A stretch of 64,000 bases of DNA, from positions 32,001 through 96,000 of IMG/VR virus record IMGVR_UViG_3300020037_009644; one strand, 5' to 3'. Origin of the DNA: a virus (Duplodnaviria > Caudoviricetes). Both the position numbers and the translations under genes were made by a program. Below are positions 1 to 9,538 of this stretch, one piece after another (positions within the stretch are counted from its first letter, which is position 1; the number at the start of each line of letters is the position of its first letter). The notes beneath the pieces were generated by a model. That model did not search any database and was not told the DNA's origin. It saw only the letters and a program-made list of their open reading frames with translations.

Positions 1-355
1 CAGAAAGAGGTGTTTTTTGTGGTTTTTTTCCTTCATCCTCAGCCTTTTTGAAAGCGTCTTTAGCCGCTTCGACAGCATTGTCATAAGACGCCACTGTATC
101 ATAAACAATATTTGCATTTTTGTTATTTGGATCTAAATTTCCTTGATTATCCATGATACCTAGCGTTTTATTTTTCGCCAATACACCCCAAACTACAGGC
201 TTTGTACTAATGCCCTGTACAGTGGGGGCATCTTGAGCTAATTTTAAATAACGAGTTGGTGAACCTCCGTCGGCTATTTTGTGAGCCAAAGAAGCATACT
301 TAACCGAAAGATTGAAAATTTCTTGGGCTGATGGAGATTTAAAGGTAGATACCAT
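1..355 (-). CDS. Hypothetical protein, partial (runs off the left edge); MVSTFKSPSAQEIFNLSVKYASLAHKIA...
   Basis: Manual translation from ATG at 355 stays open to position 1; not in the ORF track because no stop lies in the window. Confidence 0.7.
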   Translation of the reverse strand, partial: MVSTFKSPSAQEIFNLSVKYASLAHKIADGGSPTRYLKLAQDAPTVQGISTKPVVWGVLAKNKTLGIMDNQGNLDPNNKNANIVYDTVASYDNAVEAAKDAFKKAEDEGKKPQKTPLS

Positions 356-369
356 ATGTTAATGTCTGA

Positions 370-1899
370 TTATGTCCAAAGATTGGTAAATTCGGTTTCT
401 ACAGTAACGCATTCCCCATCTGTCCAAGTAGCACCATCAGCAATTAAGATGTGTCTAACATTCATATTAGTTCCAAATCCATTTTGACTTCCGTCTGTGG
501 CGTCTATTAAACACGCTAGACCAGAAGTATCAAATTCATTAAATGTCGTAAATGCAGTTGTGTCAGATGTTACACCATTAACTCCATCAGACCTAATTAA
601 CATTCTTGTCGCATCAGTTCTAAAAATTAAAGTATGCCAAGCATCTTTTGTAACATCCATATCTGCTTCAACATTTGTTGCAGCATCATCAGTTAAATTA
701 AATCGAATTGGAATATTTCCACCAGATTGAGTTCCTGTCGAAATCTCAAGTATTGTTGCGGTGTTATCAAATCCAGGAAAACATTGGGTACATGTCAATA
801 TGGTAATGTTATTACTTGCGGGAACGTAAATTCGAATAGCGATAGAAAAAATTCCACTGGTAATTATTGGACTTGGTCCAAACATTCTTCTAACTGTGGG
901 GGTGGAATTAAATTGAATAGCTGGAAACCCGTCACCTAAATCAGATGTATATTCACCAGGAAGAACTGTTCCTTGAAATAAATTAGCGTCTCTTTGGAAG
1001 GCTATAAAATCTTTATAGCTTCTTTGATCTCTCCAACGAGAAACAGAAGTTCCGTGTTCCACGCCTTCATCAACTCTTAATTCACTTGTACAACCTAATC
1101 CGGCAAATGGATCAACGGCTGAAGTTGTTATAGGTTGAGGCTCCCATCGAGAATTAGAGGTTGAATATGTAAGCACATATCCATCTGCTGGAGTTTCATC
1201 TAAAATATCTATGTTTTGAATTTTTGTAACAGTTATAGATGAAGCCGTTCCAGAAATATCTCCATCCAATTTAATAGTTCCAAATTCACTTAAGGTTGCA
1301 TTTGGAACTGAACCCGGTTCCCACATGCTACCAAGATTGTTGTATGTCAAAAATTCGCCATCACTAGGGGAAACGGCAGATATATCAACATTTTGAATTT
1401 TTATAACCGTAGCATCACTAGCGATTCCAGATAAATCACCACCAAGAGTTAGAGGGTAGGGTATCCATTGATTTAGAGAAGAATCGTATGTTAGGACGTA
1501 GCCATCGGTGGGGGTGGAATTAGATATCTCTAAACCACGAAGACGAAAAACTGTCGCAGCAGCAACGGTCCCACTTAAATCGCCCCCAACATTAACTTCT
1601 CCATTGATGATATCCGTTATTTGAGTATCAATAATATTAATTTCGGTATTGATATCCGTTATTTCGTTATTGATATTAACAAGTTCAGTATTAACATCAG
1701 CAATGTCGACATCGACTGAATTCAATCTATCTTTAACCGAGCCAAAAGTTCCTGACGGTTTGACTCCTAACTCTTGTTCAATAGCAAGAATAGCAGAGCG
1801 TTGAGCATTAGGAACGGCGGCAACGACCTCACTTTGGAGGTCGATTATTATTGGAAGTTGTTGGATGCCATCTATTTCATTAGGGTATTTTGTTGTCAT
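370..1899 (-). CDS. Putative tail fibre/virion protein with coiled coil, GGDLSG-type repeats and a C-terminal beta-sandwich (LamG-like) domain
   Basis: N-terminal ~60 aa shared with 6261..7463; repeated GGDLSG..ATV.KI and P.DGYVLTY units; C-terminal WHTLIFR..MLIRSDG resembles LamG/ConA folds. Confidence 0.6.
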   Translation of the reverse strand: MTTKYPNEIDGIQQLPIIIDLQSEVVAAVPNAQRSAILAIEQELGVKPSGTFGSVKDRLNSVDVDIADVNTELVNINNEITDINTEINIIDTQITDIINGEVNVGGDLSGTVAAATVFRLRGLEISNSTPTDGYVLTYDSSLNQWIPYPLTLGGDLSGIASDATVIKIQNVDISAVSPSDGEFLTYNNLGSMWEPGSVPNATLSEFGTIKLDGDISGTASSITVTKIQNIDILDETPADGYVLTYSTSNSRWEPQPITTSAVDPFAGLGCTSELRVDEGVEHGTSVSRWRDQRSYKDFIAFQRDANLFQGTVLPGEYTSDLGDGFPAIQFNSTPTVRRMFGPSPIITSGIFSIAIRIYVPASNNITILTCTQCFPGFDNTATILEISTGTQSGGNIPIRFNLTDDAATNVEADMDVTKDAWHTLIFRTDATRMLIRSDGVNGVTSDTTAFTTFNEFDTSGLACLIDATDGSQNGFGTNMNVRHILIADGATWTDGECVTVETEFTNLWT

Positions 1900-3256
1900 T
1901 TAATTTTCCTAGAATTGGTCTTACAAAACATTTTTTAGCTTTATTCCACTCAGATTCCCAAATAGAAATAACAATCCAACCATGAGCTTCTAAATATGCT
2001 TTTTTGTTAAGAGTTGCGGTATATAATTCACCAAATGTTACTTTAAATTTATCATGGATATCTGTGCTTTTATAATATTTGGGGTTTCCATGAACACGGT
2101 CTCCATTATATTCAATAATTAATTTGTGTTGATGATCAACATAATCAGGAAAAAATACTCTTTCATTTACTATTATTCTATTGTTTCTTTTTTCAAGTGG
2201 AATACTTAAAAAATCTAATAATTCTGTTTCGCCTTTAGAAACACATAAAGAGCAAAATGGACAATTACTACCTTTACCAATTCGACTGCTGGGTGATGCC
2301 ATAAAAGTATGATTTTTATTTTTTAAGCACTTCCATTTAATTTTAATTACACTACCATATGTTAATTCATTTAATTTAATTGAATTATCTTCAGACCACT
2401 CTTTTAATAAAAAAGGATGTGTAATAGCTAATGAATTATTTTTTAAATATTCTACCCTCTCACATTGTGAGCAACACATTTTTTCTTTTTTATAACTATT
2501 AAGCGTTACTTGCCAAGAATGATTGTTGTTACATTTCCACCAAAGCTTTCTAAATGAGCCTCTGCTTACGAATTCAGGATTAATATTATTTTTTTCATAA
2601 TCCCAAAAATTTAAAAATTGTGGATGACTAGTTATAATTGAATTACAAAAATGACATGAAATTTTAACAATATTTTTAGGTTCTTTTTGCCACTCGTGAT
2701 TATGATTTATTGGACATCTTAACCAAATAGGTTTGCTCGCTTTTCTTGCAATATTATTTATTCCTACGATATTTTTAGTTGGATGCCAAAAATTTAATAT
2801 TTCTGGATAAACAACGCTAATACAATTAGTTTCATTTATTTTAATATTATTACAATAAGGACAGGAACCTTTATTACACCAATTAGCTGGCTGTTGTTGC
2901 CACTCATGTAATGGATTTATAGGACATATCCACCAAATAAAATGTGAAAGTGATTTATGTGTGATATCATCAAAATTAATATGACTATTTTTAGTCGGAT
3001 GAATAAAAGGTATAATTTCCGGATTTGTTTCTAAAATAGAAGAACAATATTTACAACTAATTCTACCTTTATTTCCACTAATATTATTTGCATTTAAAAG
3101 AATATCATGCTTATTGTTAATACAACGAAACCAATAACGACGCTCATTATATTGAGATATAGAATGCGGATCAGCTGGGTTATTTTTAACTACAGACCAA
3201 TATTGTAATAGATGTGGATAAATTTCAAAGAAAGATTTTTCTCCGCGAGTGCTCAT
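1880..3256 (-). CDS. Zinc-ribbon repeat (DUF4379-like) protein with C-terminal Vsr/DUF559-like PD-(D/E)XK endonuclease
   Basis: Repeats of W.C..(N..)HEW...CP.C; C-terminal FPD..IIEYNGD..HG..IWESEW. Confidence 0.75.
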   Translation of the reverse strand: MSTRGEKSFFEIYPHLLQYWSVVKNNPADPHSISQYNERRYWFRCINNKHDILLNANNISGNKGRISCKYCSSILETNPEIIPFIHPTKNSHINFDDITHKSLSHFIWWICPINPLHEWQQQPANWCNKGSCPYCNNIKINETNCISVVYPEILNFWHPTKNIVGINNIARKASKPIWLRCPINHNHEWQKEPKNIVKISCHFCNSIITSHPQFLNFWDYEKNNINPEFVSRGSFRKLWWKCNNNHSWQVTLNSYKKEKMCCSQCERVEYLKNNSLAITHPFLLKEWSEDNSIKLNELTYGSVIKIKWKCLKNKNHTFMASPSSRIGKGSNCPFCSLCVSKGETELLDFLSIPLEKRNNRIIVNERVFFPDYVDHQHKLIIEYNGDRVHGNPKYYKSTDIHDKFKVTFGELYTATLNKKAYLEAHGWIVISIWESEWNKAKKCFVRPILGKLNDNKIP

Positions 3257-3594
3257 GAAATCCAGCTTGCAACTAAACTGGTCCCTGACAAAGAGTGACC
3301 CGAGGGTGGAATTGTTCCGTCGAAGTCAGTAGTCACCCAAGTTTCATAAACAGACCCAACCGCATAATAACCTCTAAATTTTCTATAAAGATGAGTTGGA
3401 GAAGTTGGGGGAATAGTTACTTCGCTTGTAGCCAAAGATAGTTGATCTACAGTTTGTATAGATGATTCTAAAACAGAATTTGAAGATACTAATTCTGTTT
3501 TACCAGTATCCTTAGGAATAATACCATCGGTAGGTGATACTAACTCAGTAAAAAGTCCAGAGAATGATGACTGACCCAATTCAGTTGACGCCAT
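3253..3594 (-). CDS. Hypothetical S/T-rich protein, possibly virion-associated
   Basis: 113-aa ORF with 4-nt overlap to the next gene. Confidence 0.6.
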   Translation of the reverse strand: MASTELGQSSFSGLFTELVSPTDGIIPKDTGKTELVSSNSVLESSIQTVDQLSLATSEVTIPPTSPTHLYRKFRGYYAVGSVYETWVTTDFDGTIPPSGHSLSGTSLVASWIS

Positions 3595-3650
3595 AAAATA
3601 ATACTAAATTATAGGCACGGTATTTACCTTCCATATTTTGGAATGCTACT

Positions 3651-5072
3651 ATGGCTAACGTACATTTTCCTAATTTTACTCTTCAAAGCGCCAATCATGC
3701 ATTTTCGGCAATTTGGAAACTAACCAGAGCTTTAAAAAAAGCGGGTTGGACTGTTCAGGCGAGCTCTGATGGAGCATCTAAAGATACCTCAGCTGTTGCC
3801 GCAAACGATAAGTGGGGTGGAGATGCTGATCCAGCCAATGATACATATGTTACAACTAATTTAGATGCTACCTATTCATCAACCACTGGTCCGTGGATTG
3901 TTTTATCAACTCCTACCACATCTAAAATTCCTTTTTCGGCAGCTTCGACTGGAACATTTCTTCGAGGAGAAAAAATTACACAAGCAACTTCAGGTGCAGA
4001 AGGTGAACTTGTTGGATATGATTTTGATGCAGTTTCAGTTGGTCATTTAGTTATTATTCCGAGGACTGGAACGTTTGATAACACAAATGTTATTACCGGA
4101 GTTTCTTCTGGAGCCACATTAACTCCATCTGGAACCATTGTTAACTTTGTACGAGAGGTTTGTTTTTGGAAAAGTGGTGTCTCGGGCGCCAACAATGCAT
4201 TCAACGGTTCTATTTATATACAAACAGTTGACGTTTCATCAGAAAATACTTCTAGATTTTCATATTTAGCGGTAAACTCGGCGGGTTGTACAGCCACAGT
4301 CTGCCCTGGGGGAGGGGGTACAGCTAATGGTATTCCGTCTTTAGGTACTTATGTAATGTTGGGAACCACAACGGGTGGAACATCACCTACAATAACACAC
4401 TCTACATGGCTTGGAATGACAACATCGACTTTTGGAAGAGCTCAAATTACAGCTACCAATGCTATACCGGCTGCAAACGTTTCTCCAGATCTTACTTGGT
4501 GGATTGTAATGGGAGACACAACTTCAGCTATTGGTGCCCAAATGATTGGTCACTTTAGATGTGATAATTCTGAAGACGGTGATTTGGATCCATTTGTAAC
4601 ATATATTACGGCTGTCGGCGGAACAACTACAAGAATTGCGGCACCGGCGGGCAGTTTAACGACCGCGCCGGCGAATTTTTTCCCAAATATAACGGGATCA
4701 TCATTTTATGGATGGAAGGGTTGGCGTCGGCGCGGATTTTCAACAGGAGACGCATACACAGGTTTATGTACCGCGTTGTTGGGCTTTTCAACGGGAGGCA
4801 CGGGGGTTATGACAAACAATCCCGCGGTAGCAGAAAGCATTGCTTGTTCCAATACGACTAAAAGACTTCGTGATAAAGTATGGATTTTGAGTATTGATAA
4901 TACTTTGAAAATAAGAAAAGGAACGCCACGATGGATAGATGTGTGTCAAAGCGGAGCGCCAATGGATACTTTGGATACAAAATTAAGATTGTGTTTTATT
5001 GGATTTGCGGGCTCTTATCCTAGTGTTTATATTGGACCGTTTGACGGATCGACAATTCCACTACAATCATGA
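3651..5072 (+). CDS. Hypothetical G/T/S/A-rich protein, probably virion/tail-associated
   Basis: 473-aa ORF with structural-protein composition; GEKITQATSGAEG motif; only credible plus-strand gene. Confidence 0.65.
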   Translation: MANVHFPNFTLQSANHAFSAIWKLTRALKKAGWTVQASSDGASKDTSAVAANDKWGGDADPANDTYVTTNLDATYSSTTGPWIVLSTPTTSKIPFSAASTGTFLRGEKITQATSGAEGELVGYDFDAVSVGHLVIIPRTGTFDNTNVITGVSSGATLTPSGTIVNFVREVCFWKSGVSGANNAFNGSIYIQTVDVSSENTSRFSYLAVNSAGCTATVCPGGGGTANGIPSLGTYVMLGTTTGGTSPTITHSTWLGMTTSTFGRAQITATNAIPAANVSPDLTWWIVMGDTTSAIGAQMIGHFRCDNSEDGDLDPFVTYITAVGGTTTRIAAPAGSLTTAPANFFPNITGSSFYGWKGWRRRGFSTGDAYTGLCTALLGFSTGGTGVMTNNPAVAESIACSNTTKRLRDKVWILSIDNTLKIRKGTPRWIDVCQSGAPMDTLDTKLRLCFIGFAGSYPSVYIGPFDGSTIPLQS

Positions 5073-6238
5073 TCAATATAGTAATTTTTTTACTTTATTC
5101 CATTCATGTTCCCATATGAATATTACAGTCCAACCATTCTTTTCTAAGAATTCTTTTCTTTCAAATGTTTGACTGTATATTTCACCATATGTTTTTCCTG
5201 AACCAATTTTGTCATTAGGATTAAAATAATCTGGATTTCCGTGCCATTTATCACCATTATATTCAATGATTAATTTATGTTCTTTCCACATAAAATCTGG
5301 ATAGAATATTCTATTGTTAATGATAAGTGATTTATTCCTCACACCATTTTCTCCAACTAAAAAATCTAAACAAGATTTTTCTCCCTTAGATATTCTTTTA
5401 GAACAAAGTGGACATCCAGTTGGGTCTTCCCTGGTTTTATGTTTGAGTGATGTTATATAAGTATGTTCATCATGTTTAAGACATTGCCATTTAAATTTTT
5501 TATTTGAGCCATAAGTAACATCATTGAGAGTAGTTTTATTATCTGGATGCCATTCTTCCAATAAATAAGGGTGGGTTGCGGCAGCACAATTATTTGAATC
5601 AACTTTTTCATTTAAACAAATTGGACATCTAGTGTGCGTATTTTTAATTTTGCGGGTGGAATTATTAGCTGAACGTGACCATTTATGATTATATTTGCAT
5701 TTCCAGTTGATGATTTTTTCACCACGAGCCCCTATATCTTTTGGCAGAAAAGAATTGCTTTCATAATCCCATTCGTGTAATAATTCCGGAAATTTAGATT
5801 CAAAAGTTTGTGAATAATTAAAGCATGGTTTCTTATCTTCACAAATAAGACATTTGGTTTTACCACCTCGACGGAATATTACCTTAGGAGATCTTATCCA
5901 TTCATGTGTTATATCAAACTTGCATCTAAACCAAATTTTAATATTACTACCATTTGATATATTAAACGGATCTATGTTAATATTTTTACTTGGATGCCAG
6001 TATGACATTAATTCTTTATTACTTCCAATATTATTACAAAACGGACACTCCATAATAAAATCGTCTTTTTGATTAATTAAACACTTTTCCCATTCGTGGG
6101 TAGGATTATTTAAACATCTCCACCAAAATTTACCCGTACTCTTACGAGAAAATTTATTTGGATCTTTATGATTTTTCGGACTCCAATATTAAATAGGTCT
6201 GGGTGAGTTATTTTAAAGCTGATTCTGTTACGCGCCAT
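5073..6238 (-). CDS. Zinc-ribbon repeat (DUF4379-like) Vsr/DUF559-like endonuclease with a 1-nt frameshift near 6190
   Basis: ORF 5073..6053 extends in frame upstream (YWSPKNHKDP..WWRC..HEW); the paralog-like N-terminus MARNRISFKITHPDLF starts at ATG 6238 in the adjacent frame; C-terminal YPD..IIEYNGDKWHG..IWEHEW. Confidence 0.7.
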
Positions 6239-6260
6239 AATGTTGATATATAACTCAAGT

Positions 6261-7463
6261 TCAGCTCCACTCAACTAATAATTCCGCAAAATCTAAATTA
6301 ACACGATCACTAATATTTCCAACGCCCATATTCATTTGAACCTGATAAACCGCCAGTCCAGAACTCAAATTAGAATATAAATCTCCGGTTGTCAAAGTAA
6401 CAGGATCTGCACTGGAAGTAGATAGCGCAGATCCTGTTACGACTGCTGCTGTTGTCAAGTTATACAGTTGAATAGAACAAAGTGGTCCGGTAGTCTCTGC
6501 TACTACTCTGAGTTTTATAGTTTTAGAATTTGAAGATGATAATAAACTTCTATCTAATATTAATGTTCCGCCAACAACAAATGTTATACTAGATGAATTT
6601 GTTATTCCGGCAAAAAATAACAGAGATAATTGATTAATATGATTACCGCCATTAAGAACAGGAAGAACTCCAAAAACATAATTGGCTCCGCCTGCTAAAT
6701 TCAAAGCAGAATAAGAAAGTGCAGAAACGCCGGAAACATATAAACCATTACCAGTAACGAGTGCTCCGGCTGAGGGAATTGTAGCACCATTAGCTTTAGC
6801 GACAACAGAAACCGCTGTAGTTCCGGTAACATCTCCCGTCATAGTTTGTGAGGCTTGGTTTGCTGATGGCAAAATTCCTGTTACATAATTAGCCCCACCA
6901 GCTAAATTCAATGATGAATACGAAAGAGCTGATGCTCCAGTAACATATAATCCATTGCCAGTCGTTAAGGATCCTGAAGCCGGAACTGTTGCGCCTCTAA
7001 CTTTAAGCACAGAAGGTGCCGAAGAAGTTCCTCCCAAATCTCCAGCAAGTTGAATAGTTCCCAAAGAAATTGTTGTTGCCGGATCTGTTGAGACTCTAGC
7101 TGGAATCCACATGTCAGATGATAACTCATAAACTAATGAATAACCATCTAAAGGGGTTGTTGATGAAACCTCTATTCCTTGAATTCCTGAAACTTTCGGG
7201 TTTGGATAGGTAGAACTTAAATCACCTCCGGCATTTCCCTGCGGTATTACTCCGACTTGGATCAAAGAAATGGTCTCATCGACACCATCTAACCTATCTT
7301 TAACCGTTCCATATGTTCCAGATGGTTTGACCCCAAGTTCTCCCTCAATTGCAACCGTTGCCGAACGAATATTGTTGACGACGACGGATCTAATCTCGGT
7401 AACTAAATCCGTACTGAGTGGTAGGGAAATAGAATTATCTAAACTGTTTGGGTAATTTGACAT
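6261..7463 (-). CDS. Putative tail fibre/virion protein
   Basis: N-terminus paralogous to 370..1899; internal duplication GATxPxxGxLxTGNGLYVxGxSALSYSxLNLAGGANYVxG. Confidence 0.6.
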   Translation of the reverse strand: MSNYPNSLDNSISLPLSTDLVTEIRSVVVNNIRSATVAIEGELGVKPSGTYGTVKDRLDGVDETISLIQVGVIPQGNAGGDLSSTYPNPKVSGIQGIEVSSTTPLDGYSLVYELSSDMWIPARVSTDPATTISLGTIQLAGDLGGTSSAPSVLKVRGATVPASGSLTTGNGLYVTGASALSYSSLNLAGGANYVTGILPSANQASQTMTGDVTGTTAVSVVAKANGATIPSAGALVTGNGLYVSGVSALSYSALNLAGGANYVFGVLPVLNGGNHINQLSLLFFAGITNSSSITFVVGGTLILDRSLLSSSNSKTIKLRVVAETTGPLCSIQLYNLTTAAVVTGSALSTSSADPVTLTTGDLYSNLSSGLAVYQVQMNMGVGNISDRVNLDFAELLVEWS

Positions 7464-7469
7464 ATAACC

Positions 7470-7583
7470 CTATGTCTTTATTTGCTTTAATTGTTTTTTA
7501 ACTTTTTCCCACTCATGCTCCCAAATTGTAATTACAATATAGCCATGATCTTCTAAGAATTTTTTCTTATCTAGTTTTGACAT
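7470..7583 (-). pseudogene. C-terminal remnant of a Vsr/DUF559-like endonuclease (37 aa)
   Basis: Translates MSKLDKKKFLEDHGYIVITIWEHEWEKVKKQLKQIKT, matching the C-termini of 1880..3256 and 5073..6053. Confidence 0.65.
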
Positions 7584-7634
7584 TTTTATTTCCTGAATAA
7601 ATGCAAAAATAGAGAATGGTCTGGAATTTTGGAC

Positions 7635-7674
7635 AAAAAGAAATCCCCAGAGAGATTAACCCTCTGGGGATTTC
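7635..7674 (-). terminator. Intrinsic terminator of the DUF2828/small-RNA operon
   Basis: 13-bp stem GAAATCCCCAGAG/CTCTGGGGATTTC (7640-7652, 7662-7674) followed on the minus strand by TTTTT. Confidence 0.85.
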
Positions 7675-7677
7675 GGC

Positions 7678-7722
7678 GGAACGCTTTTTCTAAGCTAAGA
7701 TTGTATTTGCGGTATACGTTCC
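7678..7722 (-). ncRNA. GCAAA-motif stem-loop, copy 1
   Basis: GGAACG-TATACCGCAAATACAATCTTAGCTTAGAAAAAG-CGTTCC; shares core and layout with three other copies. Confidence 0.6.
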
Positions 7723-7731
7723 AAACTTCAG

Positions 7732-9285
7732 CTATGCTGCGATGACGATCTCCGAGAGAAGATCCTGACGAAGGAGGTTAAGCAGACCGTCGAGCGGGGT
7801 AGTTTCGGCTCGTTCCTCTTGTTTGGTTTCGGTTCCCTGGGATACCTCTTTATTCCCCATTCCGAGAAGGGTCTTCAGGTTGCTGGGATCGAAACCAGAG
7901 ATGGTCAACATTCCTTGATCCTTTAACGTAACCGGAAATTCTGAGTGTTCATTGTTGACGAACCACCAGACAAAGGTCACCCCCTCAATTCCAGCCTTGG
8001 CTAGTCTTTCCTTGGCGATTTTGGCGTTGGTTTGAACGTTGTTTCCAACCGGATTAAACTGCATGTCAGAAATAACAAGGACAGTTTTGGGAAACTCCGA
8101 GGCTGGAATTTCGGGATGATCTTTTTTGAGCTTAATCATGAGATCAACGGCACTCTCAAAATTCGTGCTCCCCATTGCGTTTTCTGGAATCTGTTTGACC
8201 TTATCGCAAAAGGATCCAGAAAGAGTTTCCATCCAAGATGTGGACTCGAACATGCAAACTTTGTTGTGAAACCATCCTTCGTTGAGATCGGCAAGGAGGA
8301 TTCCCATCGAGAGACAGATATCGAGCGGAGTTGCTCCTCCAAAGGTATTCCAACTCATCGACCCTGAGGTATCGAGGACCGGAAGGACATTACCGAGGGT
8401 ACAAGAAGCTCTAGCTTTCTCAAGCAAGCTCCAATACTGGAGATTAACCAACTCCTTCTGATACCTAGAAGTTGCTTTCTTGGCATCCTTGAGAAGTTCG
8501 AAGGGATACCCAACGAAGTTGATATCTTTGCCGGAAAGAAGGAACTTGGTAAATCGATCTTCTTGATTATGGCGAGCGATGGTTGTCTGACCATCTTTAC
8601 CTGTCTTGTGCGTAATGTTGCGGAGAGCGCGGCTGGGAATCTTGGAAAAATCAAGCTCTTGAAACCTTCCCGCGCTCATGTCTTGCTGAAAAGTATGAGC
8701 AGTTCCAGAAGCTTTCATTTTTCGATAGGTCTTGGTATTGATTCCAAGAAATTTGCAGAACCCGAGGGCGAATTTGGATCGAGCACGATCTCGCTCCGAG
8801 CGAGCTTTACTTCCCTCTCGAATGGTTGGAAGGAACTTGAAAACAAGCTGATCGTTGTTCTTAATCCCTTCAGAGAGAAGAAGGTAAATCTGATCAGCAT
8901 CCAACGTATTGCAGACCGGAGGAACCATAAGATCTTTCCAACATCCTACCCGAGGTATCAGGTGAAGATTGGGGTAAAGAAGATCCGGATGGTTGTTGTG
9001 AAGATAGACCAAAGCCTGATGGAACTCGTTGCGAATCCCGAGCCCGGTAACCTGGTTATCACATTTGGTTGGCTTTCTGGAAATCATTCGACCGTAGAAA
9101 ACCAGCTTGAGAGCCAGCTCCGGCGAGGCTGAGAAAAGCTTCTCCATGTCACGATCGGTTTCAAGTTGGCTTCTTGAAAGATAAGTTCCTGACTTGGTTA
9201 GGTATTCCACCAGGGGAGCAAGATTTTCGTCACCCATTGAAGAATTTGAGAGAGCTCCGTTGGCTGTAGTTGCTTGAGTTGTCAT
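7732..9285 (-). CDS. DUF2828-family vWA-domain protein (TROVE/Ro60-like architecture)
   Basis: N-terminal TTANGA, GCWKDL, vWA MIDAS DTSGSM, GSTNF, VISDMQF, ISGF motifs; start moved to ATG 9285, which has an AAAGGA Shine-Dalgarno. Confidence 0.8.
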   Translation of the reverse strand: MTTQATTANGALSNSSMGDENLAPLVEYLTKSGTYLSRSQLETDRDMEKLFSASPELALKLVFYGRMISRKPTKCDNQVTGLGIRNEFHQALVYLHNNHPDLLYPNLHLIPRVGCWKDLMVPPVCNTLDADQIYLLLSEGIKNNDQLVFKFLPTIREGSKARSERDRARSKFALGFCKFLGINTKTYRKMKASGTAHTFQQDMSAGRFQELDFSKIPSRALRNITHKTGKDGQTTIARHNQEDRFTKFLLSGKDINFVGYPFELLKDAKKATSRYQKELVNLQYWSLLEKARASCTLGNVLPVLDTSGSMSWNTFGGATPLDICLSMGILLADLNEGWFHNKVCMFESTSWMETLSGSFCDKVKQIPENAMGSTNFESAVDLMIKLKKDHPEIPASEFPKTVLVISDMQFNPVGNNVQTNAKIAKERLAKAGIEGVTFVWWFVNNEHSEFPVTLKDQGMLTISGFDPSNLKTLLGMGNKEVSQGTETKQEERAETTPLDGLLNLLRQDLLSEIVIAA

Positions 9286-9308
9286 GACGGGTCCTTTCGG
9301 AAGAAAAC

Positions 9309-9352
9309 GAAACACGTTTTTATGCTATGCTTTGGTTTGCTGGTTGTGTTTC
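9309..9352 (-). ncRNA. GCAAA-motif stem-loop, copy 2
   Basis: GAAACAC-AACCAGCAAACCAAAGCATAGCATAAAAAC-GTGTTTC. Confidence 0.65.
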
Positions 9353-9360
9353 AAGAAAAC

Positions 9361-9405
9361 GGATCACATTTTCTATACCAAGAGTGGGTTTGCTGTACGT
9401 GATCC
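9361..9405 (-). ncRNA. GCAAA-motif stem-loop, copy 3
   Basis: GGATCAC-GTACAGCAAACCCACTCTTGGTATAGAAAAT-GTGATCC. Confidence 0.65.
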
Positions 9406-9411
9406 AAGATG

Positions 9412-9538
9412 AAATCATTTGCAAAGATCAATTTAAAGTGGGCTATTTTGCGGTAGACCCCGCAGGCACAATATTACCGAACTTGATCACCGGGGCTTCA
9501 ACCGGCGCAGATTTAGTCTGCATCATTGCAAATGATTT
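9412..9538 (-). ncRNA. Putative 127-nt multibranch structured RNA
   Basis: 13-bp closing stem AAATCATTTGCAA/TTGCAAATGATTT; internal helices GCAGA/TCTGC, CCGG/CCGG, GATCAA/TTGATC and GGG(T)CTA/TAGCCC capped by CCGCAAAA. Confidence 0.55.

Noticed and set aside
356-7480. Late-promoter motif (AAT-N4/5-(C/T)AT) upstream of structural genes
   Set aside because: Only three or four loosely similar AT-rich instances, not distinguishable from chance by eye
9286-9315. Upstream GTG start of the DUF2828 gene
   Set aside because: Overlaps stem-loop 2; ATG 9285 has a good Shine-Dalgarno sequence
9309-9405. CRISPR or TIGR-type array
   Set aside because: Units are dispersed, stems vary in sequence, there is no identical direct repeat with regular spacers, and no cas or Nop-domain gene is recognisable
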